Origin: an uncultured bacterium
GTDB taxonomy: Bacteria > Fidelibacterota > UBA2242 > JAFGTP01
DNA: 64,000 bases
Assembly (NCBI GenBank): GCA_964498725.1
Contig: CAZCHS010000004.1
Span: 26,876 to 90,875, forward strand
Direction of reading: 5' to 3'
The notes under the pieces are model-generated. The model searched no databases. It was not told the origin of the DNA and was given only the letters and a program-made list of their open reading frames with translations. A program made the position numbers and the translations under genes. The first letter of the stretch is position 1, and the number at the start of each line of letters is the position of its first letter. Of the stretch, positions 43,842 to 54,967 are shown piece by piece.

Positions 43842-45181
43842 TTATGACCCTCCAAAAGCGCCAGAATATTATTGATTTTAGTTTTCATTTCCAAATATTC
43901 TTCCTCTGGTTTTGAATCTATCGTAACCGCACCGCCGGAATTTAAAAATATTTCATCGTCCTTAATGATGGCAGTTCTGATTATAATACTTGAATTTAAA
44001 AATGCCCGGTTCATAATCAGTATCGATCCGGTATACAAATTTCGAGAGTAAGTTTCCAATTCATCAATTATCTCCATTGTCCGTATTTTGGGGCAACCGG
44101 TGATCGAACCACCGGGAAATGTCGCTTTAATCAGATCAATATAGTCAGAATCCCCACGAAGTCGTGATTCAACACAACCCACTAAATGGTAGACATTTTC
44201 AAACTTTTCCAATTTTTTAGGGTTTTTGACGAATACTGATCCAATCTCAGAGACTTTTCCCAGATCATTACGCAGCAGGTCAATAATCATAAATAATTCC
44301 GCCTGGTCTTTTGCCGAAGCAAGTAATCGATGGATTTTCTCCTGATCCTGAACCGCATTGCTCCCTCTTTTAATTGTACCTTTGATCGGGCGGGTTTCAA
44401 TTGTTTTTCCCTTTGCCCGCAGAAACATTTCAGGAGATATGGATAATATTTTTAAATCCGGCAAATTCAAAAAACAACTAAAGGGGGCTGGATTAGCCGC
44501 ATACATACGCTTGAAAAGGGCAAAGGCATTTCCAATAAACCGTCCATTGATTTGCTGGGTAAAATTGACTTCATATACATCCCCCTGCCTGATATAATCC
44601 TGTATTTTTTCAACTTTGTGAATATATTTTTCACGGGTCAGTCCATTTTTTATCTGGCTGACTGAATAGTCCTGACAATCCGACACATCAGCATTAAAAG
44701 AATGCTCTCTTTCATATTCGATATCAATCCGCCAGGCTTGTTTTGAATAATTATCAAAAACATAATAACATCTGTAGGCTAAAAACTGGAAAAGTGGTGC
44801 CTGGTAAGAATCAACTGTGGTTTTCGGCAGCCTTTCAATTTCCCGGCACATTTCATAAGAAAAATACCCGACCAAGCCAATTATATTGGCCGGAAAAGGT
44901 AACTTGTGAAAAGCTGTATTGTTTAAAAAGCCCTTCAGCCAATCCCAAACATTAAATATTTTTCCGGTTTCTGTATTCACATGGAGCAAATTATCTCTGT
45001 AAGAGACAATTAAATTAGGGTCTATCGCCATGAAGGAAAATTCTGAATTAGTTTTGTCTCCGGTGCCAGTTAATAATGCACTGCCGGGTTTTGACGCGTG
45101 CTTTTCAAAAAGGATTTCAGGTTGGCTGAAATCTATTTTACCAATGTTGTAACTTTTTATGTTTAAAAATTTTTCATACAT
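43838..45181 (-). CDS. pabB: aminodeoxychorismate synthase component I
   Basis: Chorismate-binding signature FPGGSITGCPKIRTMEIIDELE. LYTGSI block. Confidence 0.8.
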   Translation of the reverse strand: MYEKFLNIKSYNIGKIDFSQPEILFEKHASKPGSALLTGTGDKTNSEFSFMAIDPNLIVSYRDNLLHVNTETGKIFNVWDWLKGFLNNTAFHKLPFPANIIGLVGYFSYEMCREIERLPKTTVDSYQAPLFQFLAYRCYYVFDNYSKQAWRIDIEYEREHSFNADVSDCQDYSVSQIKNGLTREKYIHKVEKIQDYIRQGDVYEVNFTQQINGRFIGNAFALFKRMYAANPAPFSCFLNLPDLKILSISPEMFLRAKGKTIETRPIKGTIKRGSNAVQDQEKIHRLLASAKDQAELFMIIDLLRNDLGKVSEIGSVFVKNPKKLEKFENVYHLVGCVESRLRGDSDYIDLIKATFPGGSITGCPKIRTMEIIDELETYSRNLYTGSILIMNRAFLNSSIIIRTAIIKDDEIFLNSGGAVTIDSKPEEEYLEMKTKINNILALLEGHK

Positions 45182-45743
45182 AATTGAGAAATTCCCTGAT
45201 AAGAAGGTCCCCTTGCTGTGTCAGAAAAGATTCCGGATGAAATTGCAATCCAAACACCGGATAATCACGATGAGAAACGGACATGACTATTCCCTCTTCT
45301 GTCTTGCTATCGATAATCAGACAGGGCGGAATATCGGCAACAATCAAAGAATGATACCGGGCAGCATAAAATTCCTTTGCAACTTGTTTAAACAGGCCGG
45401 TTTGCTGGTGTATAATTTTTGCGCTTTTTCCATGTACCGGTAAGGGACTTCTTTTTGTGGTACCGCCAAATACTTCATTGATACATTGCATTCCCAGGCA
45501 AATTCCCAACAAGGGTAATTTATCATAAAAAGACTCAACAATCTTTTTTGAGATGCCTGCATCGCGAGGACTTTTGGGGCCGGGTGACAATATAACGCCG
45601 GAATATTCCCGCATCTGAATGTCATCTATGGATATCGCATCATTTCGGCATACCTCGACAATTCCATTAAATAACTTTTGCGTTTGCTGGTAGAGATTGT
45701 AGGTGAAAGAATCATAGTTATCAATTAGTAAAATTTTTTTCAT
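45174..45743 (-). CDS. pabA: aminodeoxychorismate/anthranilate synthase component II (glutamine amidotransferase)
   Basis: LLGICLGMQ catalytic Cys and FGLQFHPES His/Glu blocks. Overlaps pabB. Confidence 0.85.
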   Translation of the reverse strand: MKKILLIDNYDSFTYNLYQQTQKLFNGIVEVCRNDAISIDDIQMREYSGVILSPGPKSPRDAGISKKIVESFYDKLPLLGICLGMQCINEVFGGTTKRSPLPVHGKSAKIIHQQTGLFKQVAKEFYAARYHSLIVADIPPCLIIDSKTEEGIVMSVSHRDYPVFGLQFHPESFLTQQGDLLIREFLNYV

Positions 45744-45881
45744 ACGACCCTATTAAAATTGGACAAAATTAAGGAAAACTCAGAGTTATAAAAATCAAAA
45801 AAAACATTTTCATTGTTTGTAAAGGTCTCTGATTTTAGATTCTCATATTATGAGAGAATTTATTTATGAAAATAGACGCTT

Positions 45882-47531
45882 ATGAAAAAAGCAATTATAC
45901 AATTATTGAAAATACTAGCCACATTTTTTCTTTTTCCCCGGTTATTTTTAGAAATATGCGGAAAAATCGCTCCTTATTTACCATCAGTTTTCGAAATATC
46001 CGGCTTTTTTATTCCCCTATTTTATATTCTGTTAATTGGAATTTTAGTCTTTTTCATTAAGAACTATCTGCTTTACTTTTATGTTGCTGAGAATTTTCCC
46101 TTTCCCCTGGTCAGACCGAAGCGAATTGTTTTAGAAGGCGCATTTTTAAACATGCGACACCCCTTGATCTATTCCTATGCATTATTTTTATTGTTTTTAG
46201 GATGGATCAATAATTATTTTCTGGCAAGCGCAATATTATTTGTTCTATTTTTAATTAGTTCTCTCCTATTCTTTTATTTATTCAATATCAAGGATTTACG
46301 AAAACAATTTTCTAAGATTTATGTTACTAAATTTTTAATCATTCCACTATTGCCCCGAATTCGCAAAGTTGACCCTAAATCACCCAAATTCGGTCGTCTT
46401 CTGGCGCAATTATCAGTCCGTTTTTTAATCTGGCACTGGTGTCCCACATCTTATAAAGGCACCGAAAACATTCCCGATTATGGCGGCGCGTTGTTCATTG
46501 CCAATCACATGTCCTATCCGGACCCCTTTTTTATTTCCGGCGGAATCCATCGAAACATTCGCTTTCTCACCACCGCGGAAGTTTTCAAAAAAAGAATAAA
46601 CCGGTTCTTCTTTTACATCATGGGGTCAGTTCCTATCAAACGATTCACCAAAGATCCCACCGGTATCAGAAAATTTTTAAAACTGATCCAGCAGGGATAT
46701 GCTGTTGGTTATTTTCCGGAAGGCAAACGAAGTTGGACTGGAGAGCCTTCTTCATTTCCAAAAGGCGTTTACCGATTACTAAGAAAAATACATGTTCCTA
46801 TCATACCGGTTTCAACATCCGGATTTTACGCGCTTTGGCCGCGCTGGGGTGATCACATGCGGCGGGCCATCCTTCAGGTAAGATTTCATCCGCCCCTGGC
46901 TATATTCCCTGATGAGACAGAGGAGCAATTCAGACAACGATTGACAGCGATTTTATATCAGGACGAATTTAAATATCCGGATCAATTGCTGTCAGTGAAG
47001 CATTTAAATAAAAGTATCAGTACGCTGTTATGGCGCTGTCCGGTTTGCGGAAAAATGGATGCCATCCAGGAAAGGGGTCACCGGGAATTTATTTGCCAGA
47101 ATTGCCATTCCAAAGGATCAATTACTCTTAACCACAAAGTAAAATTGTACAATTCCCAAACGAACACCTCAGAAATCTATCGATTTGCCACTCTTTATCA
47201 GCAAGTTATTGATTTTCCCATTACAAGCGACACTTTTAAAAGTCAGAAGAGTGTTCTATATATCGGAAATTTCCCTCATATAAAAAAGGTGGATTCGGGA
47301 ACATTACACCTTAATAACCGTACATTTATATACCATGGAAGCAAAAAAAGAATATACCAACTCTCAGCAATCATCCAATTGCATACCGAAGGTAACCGCA
47401 TACTGCATTTTATTACTAACCGGGAACAGGTTCAGATCAAATTTCAAAATGAAAGTCCGCTCAAGTGGGAACAGATTTACAATACAGTATTAGCCAGATC
47501 AGAAAGAAAGAAATTCGACAAATATCCTTGA
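45882..47531 (+). CDS. fusion of an ICMT/PEMT-like membrane domain, a PlsC-type lysophospholipid acyltransferase and a Cys4 C-terminal region
   Basis: N-terminal TM region with LNMRHPLIYSYALFLLFLGW (RHPxY-type motif). The acyltransferase HX4D motif is NHMSYPD, with the FPEGKRS block. The C-terminus carries CPVCGK...CQNCHS. Confidence 0.65.
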   Translation: MKKAIIQLLKILATFFLFPRLFLEICGKIAPYLPSVFEISGFFIPLFYILLIGILVFFIKNYLLYFYVAENFPFPLVRPKRIVLEGAFLNMRHPLIYSYALFLLFLGWINNYFLASAILFVLFLISSLLFFYLFNIKDLRKQFSKIYVTKFLIIPLLPRIRKVDPKSPKFGRLLAQLSVRFLIWHWCPTSYKGTENIPDYGGALFIANHMSYPDPFFISGGIHRNIRFLTTAEVFKKRINRFFFYIMGSVPIKRFTKDPTGIRKFLKLIQQGYAVGYFPEGKRSWTGEPSSFPKGVYRLLRKIHVPIIPVSTSGFYALWPRWGDHMRRAILQVRFHPPLAIFPDETEEQFRQRLTAILYQDEFKYPDQLLSVKHLNKSISTLLWRCPVCGKMDAIQERGHREFICQNCHSKGSITLNHKVKLYNSQTNTSEIYRFATLYQQVIDFPITSDTFKSQKSVLYIGNFPHIKKVDSGTLHLNNRTFIYHGSKKRIYQLSAIIQLHTEGNRILHFITNREQVQIKFQNESPLKWEQIYNTVLARSERKKFDKYP

Positions 47532-47584
47532 TAAAAGTGAAAACAAATGTTAGATTTAAATAAATAATAACAAACGGAGGTCAT

Positions 47585-48826
47585 ATGAAACAAATAAAAA
47601 TATTACTCGCACTCGTTTTGGCGATCACTTTAACCTCTTGCTATACAATGATTTCCTCACCGGAAGCAAAACGAGAAACCGTTTATATCGAAGAAGAACA
47701 ATATCCTGAAACCGGGTATAGTGATTACCAGTTTGGAACGGTCATCAATAATTACAATTATTTTCATGATGTTCCATGGTATAGCCCTCGCTACAACAAT
47801 TACACATGGGGACACCATAGCTATTCCAGATGGCCGCGCTTGATAAGTCCATACTACTTTGGCTACAATGACTATTATCCTTATTACTATGATAATTACT
47901 ACAGCTCCGGCTATCCATATTACGACAGTTTTTTCGGATATGGCGGCTATGACTATTATTATAGTGGCTTTGGGTATCATGGTTATTACGGTGGATATTA
48001 CAATAATTCATGGCGCTACAGCAATTACGCCTGGGGCGGTGGTGGATATTACAAATCTGATAATCCCGGCAGTGAAGAAGCCAGAAACATCGGACAAATT
48101 GATGGCCGTAAAACCCGCAAAACCAACCAGCAAGAAGTCCGGGACGACAATAATGATTTCCCGACAGTAAATATCGGCAACAGTGGTTTAAGCACAGGTT
48201 CAGGAATGACTTCAATTGGCGGTAATGCTCTTGTAAAAACAGAAGATGATAACGATAAAAAAACGACCCGTGTAAAACAAAGATATCCTGACAAAAATTC
48301 ATTTAATAGCAAACCCAACTCAGGATTCAGTGGAAATTCTCTGAACAACGATGTCTTTACTGATGATAATGACAATACAAATACCACAAACACAACAAAT
48401 ATTCGCAGAACAATCCCAAATTCATTAAATACTAATTCTACCAGTACACGGGCTACAAACAGCACTTGGCGAAATACCACAACCAATACCAGAACAAATT
48501 CACAAAAAGTATCCAGAAAACCCAAAACAACAAATAACGCGCTCACTAGACCCAATAATACATCCGGTAAACGGTCAAGTTCCTACAGCAGTCCTTCATA
48601 CCGTTCATCATCCAAAAGCAGTACTTACAAAAGACCAAGCCGCTCCAGTAGTTCCAGCAGTTCTCGTTCCCGCAGTACTTCGATCAGATCCCGGAGTTCA
48701 AGCAGTTCACGTTCATCAAGTTCTTCCATTCGATCACGGAGTTCCAGCAGTTCAAGCCGGTCTTCCAGTAGTTCATCAAGCCGTTCGCGTTCCAGCAGCA
48801 GTTCCAGCAGTAAAAAAAGGAAATAA
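47585..48826 (+). CDS. low-complexity lipoprotein: Tyr/Gly/Asn-rich core and Ser/Arg-rich tail
   Basis: GGAGG RBS. Lipobox (LTLTSCY). Residues ~60-160 are extremely Y/G rich (YYDNYYSSGYPYYDSFFGYGGYDYYYSGFGYHGYYGGYY). The last ~80 aa are almost entirely S and R. The frame choice rests on RBS, signal peptide and coupling to the next gene, because several frames are open here. Confidence 0.55.
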   Translation: MKQIKILLALVLAITLTSCYTMISSPEAKRETVYIEEEQYPETGYSDYQFGTVINNYNYFHDVPWYSPRYNNYTWGHHSYSRWPRLISPYYFGYNDYYPYYYDNYYSSGYPYYDSFFGYGGYDYYYSGFGYHGYYGGYYNNSWRYSNYAWGGGGYYKSDNPGSEEARNIGQIDGRKTRKTNQQEVRDDNNDFPTVNIGNSGLSTGSGMTSIGGNALVKTEDDNDKKTTRVKQRYPDKNSFNSKPNSGFSGNSLNNDVFTDDNDNTNTTNTTNIRRTIPNSLNTNSTSTRATNSTWRNTTTNTRTNSQKVSRKPKTTNNALTRPNNTSGKRSSSYSSPSYRSSSKSSTYKRPSRSSSSSSSRSRSTSIRSRSSSSSRSSSSSIRSRSSSSSSRSSSSSSSRSRSSSSSSSKKRK

Positions 48827-48829
48827 TCC

Positions 48830-50164
48830 ATGACCAGAAAAATATTATTTTCAATACTTTTCGCCGCAACTTTTGTATTTGCACAAAACTATCAGGATTG
48901 TATTGATCCACTCTGGTATTTCCAAAATATCGGCAGCACTAACAGTGCCCTTAGCAATAATACAACAACTGTTTCCTCGGAAATGACAGGCCTGGCCTCT
49001 AATCCGGCGACCCTGGCCCTGCATAAAAATCCTTTAGTTGGTTTGTCGCTAAGGAATAAAAACATGTCGAACGATTCGAAGTTTGCCAACACTAACGATC
49101 TGATCAGCAGCAACTTCAATGACAGCCAGTTGACAAATACAAAACTTAACGGGGTTAGTGCAATATATCCGTTTCCGGTCTACCAGGGTAGTATGGTGCT
49201 GGCATTTTCCTATGCCAATACCGCCAACTATTATGATCAGGCCGATGCCACCGGTGATTTCACCTATGACAACGCGCCTTTTTCTGTAGATAACACCTAT
49301 AATAAAACCGGGATAATGAATGCCTACCGCCTGGGATTGGCTGTTGAATTTAAAAAGAACCTTTTTATCGGTACGTCACTTAATTTTTATGACGGCAAAC
49401 AGGTTCAGGAGTACAACTATATTGACCGGGATATCAGTGATAATTTTCTTTACAGCACGATTAACAAACAAGTTGAAGTAAAGCCGGAATATTCCGGGTT
49501 GAATTTCAATCTTGGCCTACTCTATGTCAGTGGCAAAATGAAATTTGGACTGAATCTGGCAACACCTTTCAGTCTTAGCGTTAAAGAAAATTATGATAAT
49601 TCCGAAACCTGGACCTATGATGACGGTGAAAAGGATTCCTATTCCGATGGTGACTATATTAAATATAAAATAAAAACACCTACCGCCCTATCTACAGGTT
49701 TTGAATATAATTTTGGCAATATTACCTTGTTATTCGATGCAAAAATGCAGGACTGGCATAATATGAGCTTTCATTCTGACCTGAAGGATCATCACTATGA
49801 CGCCGACGGAAATCTGACCGGGACCAGCAGCACTGATGACAGAATTGACAGTGAGATCAGAAATAATTTAAAAACAACATTTGATTATGGCGTTGGTTTA
49901 TCAACCTTTATTTTTGATAGTTTCCAATTAATCGTTGGCCACCGGGTAATTTCCCGTCCTTATTATGATCTGCCTAATGACGAAAAGAATGTTCATCTTA
50001 CCGGAATCGGTATCAATACCAAACTCATGAATAACATGACTATTGGTCTCAGTTACCAATTTGAATTTGGTAAAAACACTCTTGAGCGGGAATATTTTGA
50101 ATACCCGATTTACAGAAAATATTACACACAGAATCTTAATATTACCACTTCTTTGATTTTTTAA
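48830..50164 (+). CDS. outer-membrane beta-barrel protein (PorV/FadL-like)
   Basis: Signal peptide (FAATFVFAQ). GLASNPATLA motif. Alternating strand pattern. C-terminal ...ITTSLIF. The start is 3 nt after the previous stop. Confidence 0.5.
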   Translation: MTRKILFSILFAATFVFAQNYQDCIDPLWYFQNIGSTNSALSNNTTTVSSEMTGLASNPATLALHKNPLVGLSLRNKNMSNDSKFANTNDLISSNFNDSQLTNTKLNGVSAIYPFPVYQGSMVLAFSYANTANYYDQADATGDFTYDNAPFSVDNTYNKTGIMNAYRLGLAVEFKKNLFIGTSLNFYDGKQVQEYNYIDRDISDNFLYSTINKQVEVKPEYSGLNFNLGLLYVSGKMKFGLNLATPFSLSVKENYDNSETWTYDDGEKDSYSDGDYIKYKIKTPTALSTGFEYNFGNITLLFDAKMQDWHNMSFHSDLKDHHYDADGNLTGTSSTDDRIDSEIRNNLKTTFDYGVGLSTFIFDSFQLIVGHRVISRPYYDLPNDEKNVHLTGIGINTKLMNNMTIGLSYQFEFGKNTLEREYFEYPIYRKYYTQNLNITTSLIF

Positions 50165-50185
50165 TTAAAATGTGATTTTATTATC

Positions 50186-50217
50186 AAGGCTGGCGATTAA
50201 TTGTCAGCCTTTTTTTT
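50186..50217 (+). terminator. rho-independent terminator
   Basis: AAGGCTG / CAGCCTT stem followed by TTTTTTT. Confidence 0.7.
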
Positions 50218-50286
50218 ATTTTCCTTTGACATCAAGTAGATAAAGTATTAATATAATTTATTAACAAATCATTATTATGGTGACGC

Positions 50287-51588
50287 ATGAAGTATTTTAA
50301 ATACCTGGTAATTATTCTCCTGATTTATCTGAATAGCGGAATAGCCGGTGAAATCCATGTGCTAAAGATCGATGGCGTAATCAATCCCGTAGCCGAATCC
50401 TATTTGCATCACAACATTTCTAAAGTCACTGAATCGCCACAGAATATTGAATGCATAATCATTCAATTGGACACACCCGGCGGCCTTATGTCATCAATGC
50501 GTAAAATCATCAAGACCATGATGAGTTCTGATATACCGATAGTTGTCTATATCTCCCCTTCCGGTGCCAGAGCGGGCTCAGCCGGTGTCTTTATTACTTA
50601 TGCTGCCAGTGTTGCAGCTATGGCGCCGGGGACCAATATGGGGGCGGCACATCCTGTCAATATTGGCGGTAGCTTTAATTTTCAAAAAAAAGACACGACC
50701 GACTCCGGTGTATTAAAAGAAAAGGTCACCAATGATGCGGTGGCATTTGTAAAATCCCTGGCAAAACAACATAATCGAAATATTGAATGGGCTGAAAAAT
50801 CCGTAAGGGGCAGCGCATCCATCACAGAAACAGAAGCCCTAGAAAATAATGTTATCGAAATCATTGCTGAGGATTTAAATGACTTAATCAGCCAGTTAGA
50901 CGGATATGAGCTTAATGGTACTTCTCTAAAAACATCTGATCAAATAATTGTCATAAAGGAATATGGCCTGCACCAGCGAATTCTGGATGTAATCAGCGAT
51001 CCCAATGTCGCCTATATTCTGATGATTCTCGGATTCTGGGGAATTGTATTTGAAATTCGCAATCCCGGTGCTATTTTCCCGGGCGCTGTTGGTACGGTTT
51101 GCCTGATCCTGGCATTTTTTGCCTTTCAGATATTACCAATCAATTATACCGGAATCATTTTAATTTTTCTTGCGCTGGTCTTTTTTATTCTGGAAGTTTA
51201 TATAACGAGTTTTGGCTTATTAAGTATTGGAGGAATCATACTCATGGTATTAGGCTCAATGATGTTAATTGATGTTTCACAGGCGCCTCAGGAAATTTTT
51301 GCAGTATCTCTCAAGGTGATCATTCCGATTGTATTATTCACGGCCGCCTTTTTTATCTTTGCTTTTTCAATGGCGCTGAAAACCCTGCGTACCAAAACCA
51401 CCACCGGCAAGGAAGGAATGGTAGGAAAGGTGGGAACCACAATCTCCGAAGTGACAGAGAACTCCGGGCAGGTTATGGTCCATGGTGAAGTCTGGCGCGC
51501 TGTGTCTTCGGAAATAATCCCTCCTGGACAGGAAATTATTGTCGATAAAATAGAAAGTATGAAATTAATTGTATCAAAAAAAGTATAG
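50287..51588 (+). CDS. NfeD-family membrane-bound ClpP-class serine protease
   Basis: IQLDTPGGL and SAGVFITYAA blocks, central TM region and C-terminal OB-like (GQVMVHGEVWRAV). Confidence 0.8.
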   Translation: MKYFKYLVIILLIYLNSGIAGEIHVLKIDGVINPVAESYLHHNISKVTESPQNIECIIIQLDTPGGLMSSMRKIIKTMMSSDIPIVVYISPSGARAGSAGVFITYAASVAAMAPGTNMGAAHPVNIGGSFNFQKKDTTDSGVLKEKVTNDAVAFVKSLAKQHNRNIEWAEKSVRGSASITETEALENNVIEIIAEDLNDLISQLDGYELNGTSLKTSDQIIVIKEYGLHQRILDVISDPNVAYILMILGFWGIVFEIRNPGAIFPGAVGTVCLILAFFAFQILPINYTGIILIFLALVFFILEVYITSFGLLSIGGIILMVLGSMMLIDVSQAPQEIFAVSLKVIIPIVLFTAAFFIFAFSMALKTLRTKTTTGKEGMVGKVGTTISEVTENSGQVMVHGEVWRAVSSEIIPPGQEIIVDKIESMKLIVSKKV

Positions 51589-51597
51589 GGAGGAAAT

Positions 51598-52374
51598 ATG
51601 CAAATTCCAATTATTGCAATAGCAGTCATTATACTGTATTTAATCTTAAATGCAGTGAAAATTTTGAAGGAATATGAACGGGGTGTTATTTTTCGTTTGG
51701 GCCGGTTAGCCGGGACAAAAGGGCCTGGCCTGATCCTGATCATTCCGTTTATTGATAAAATGATACGCGTTCCGTTGCGCACTATGGTTCATGATGTACC
51801 GCCACAGGATATCATTACCAAAGATAATGTGTCGGTAAAAGTCAATGCCGTGGTCTATTTCCGGGTAATTGATCCCGCAAAATCGATCATTGAAGTGGAA
51901 GATTTCTACTCGGCAACATCGCAGTTATCCCAAACAACACTGCGGTCAATTCTCGGAGAATCGGAACTGGATGAACTACTCTCACAGCGTGAACAGATCA
52001 ATTCCCAACTGCAGGATATTCTGGATAAACATACTGATCCATGGGGCATAAAAGTCGCCCAGGTAGAGATCAAACATGTGGACCTGCCCACTATAATGCA
52101 ACGGGCCATGGCCCGCCAGGCGGAAGCGGAACGTGACCGCCGCGCCAAGATCATTAATGCCGAAGGTGAATTCCAGGCTTCGCAGAAATTATCCGAAGCT
52201 GCAATGGTGATACAGGATACACCGGTAGCGCTGCAACTCCGCTATTTGCAGACTTTAAGTGAAGTGGCTGTGGAAAACAATTCCACTATGCTCTTTCCGA
52301 TTCCTATCGACATTCTGGAACCTTTCACTAAATCCTATCTGGAATTAAAAGCCAGAAAAGCTGAGGAAAAATAA
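51598..52374 (+). CDS. SPFH/band-7 (stomatin-like) protein
   Basis: [22 protein letters not shown] is the classical SPFH N-terminus. Forms the usual NfeD-SPFH pair. Confidence 0.85.
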   Translation: MQIPIIAIAVIILYLILNAVKILKEYERGVIFRLGRLAGTKGPGLILIIPFIDKMIRVPLRTMVHDVPPQDIITKDNVSVKVNAVVYFRVIDPAKSIIEVEDFYSATSQLSQTTLRSILGESELDELLSQREQINSQLQDILDKHTDPWGIKVAQVEIKHVDLPTIMQRAMARQAEAERDRRAKIINAEGEFQASQKLSEAAMVIQDTPVALQLRYLQTLSEVAVENNSTMLFPIPIDILEPFTKSYLELKARKAEEK

Positions 52375-52386
52375 TTTTTCCTGTAA

Positions 52387-54453
<2,067 letters not shown>

Positions 54454-54455
54454 CA

Positions 54456-54836
54456 ATGAATAAAAACGAAAGCAGGCTGGCCAATATCGGTTGTTTATCG
54501 GTTATTGTCCTTGTTATCATTATCTTTTTATTGATCCCCAAAACCGATGATATGTCACAACACACATTCGAGATTGTCAGTCGTTATGAACCGGCGCAGC
54601 ACTCCAATATCTATTGTGTGTACACGGATTGCGAAACGCCTCAAATCATTGAAAACCATGCACTCAAACTGGATGCTGAAAAGAACGGTTCGATTATCAT
54701 TCTCTACTACAATAAGAAAAACAAGGTTCCGGACATCAGTGAATCCGGGTTCGTAGTAAACTCTGACGATCGAAAAAATGCTATCGCCATTTACAAACGC
54801 TACGGTTCGCAACCGGCAAAATTCACCACCAAATAG
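54456..54836 (+). CDS. hypothetical membrane-anchored protein (126 aa)
   Basis: One N-terminal TM segment. Starts 3 nt after the ligA stop. No recognised domain. Confidence 0.45.
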   Translation: MNKNESRLANIGCLSVIVLVIIIFLLIPKTDDMSQHTFEIVSRYEPAQHSNIYCVYTDCETPQIIENHALKLDAEKNGSIIILYYNKKNKVPDISESGFVVNSDDRKNAIAIYKRYGSQPAKFTTK

Positions 54837-54967
54837 ACCACACTTTTTCGGTTTTTCTCTTCAATAAATAATTAAATAAAGGTTTGACTGCATTTATTTA
54901 ATTGTTTATATTTAGCAAACTTAAATTACGTGTAATTGTTTTTATATTAAGGAGGATTAACAGAATT

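Noticed and set aside
45841-45855. Palindrome TCTCATA-T-TATGAGA in the divergent pabA / acyltransferase promoter region, a possible operator.
   Set aside because: It is a single 7-bp half-site pair in an AT-rich spacer, too short to distinguish from chance without comparative data.
47657-48555. Four long antisense or alternate-frame ORFs (47657..47980, 47745..48302, 47859..48170, 48049..48555) across the Tyr/Gly and Asn/Thr-rich gene.
   Set aside because: They are open only because of the biased, repetitive codon composition. None has an RBS or signal peptide, whereas the + strand frame from 47585 has RBS, lipobox and coupling to the next gene. Residual uncertainty is noted in the findings.
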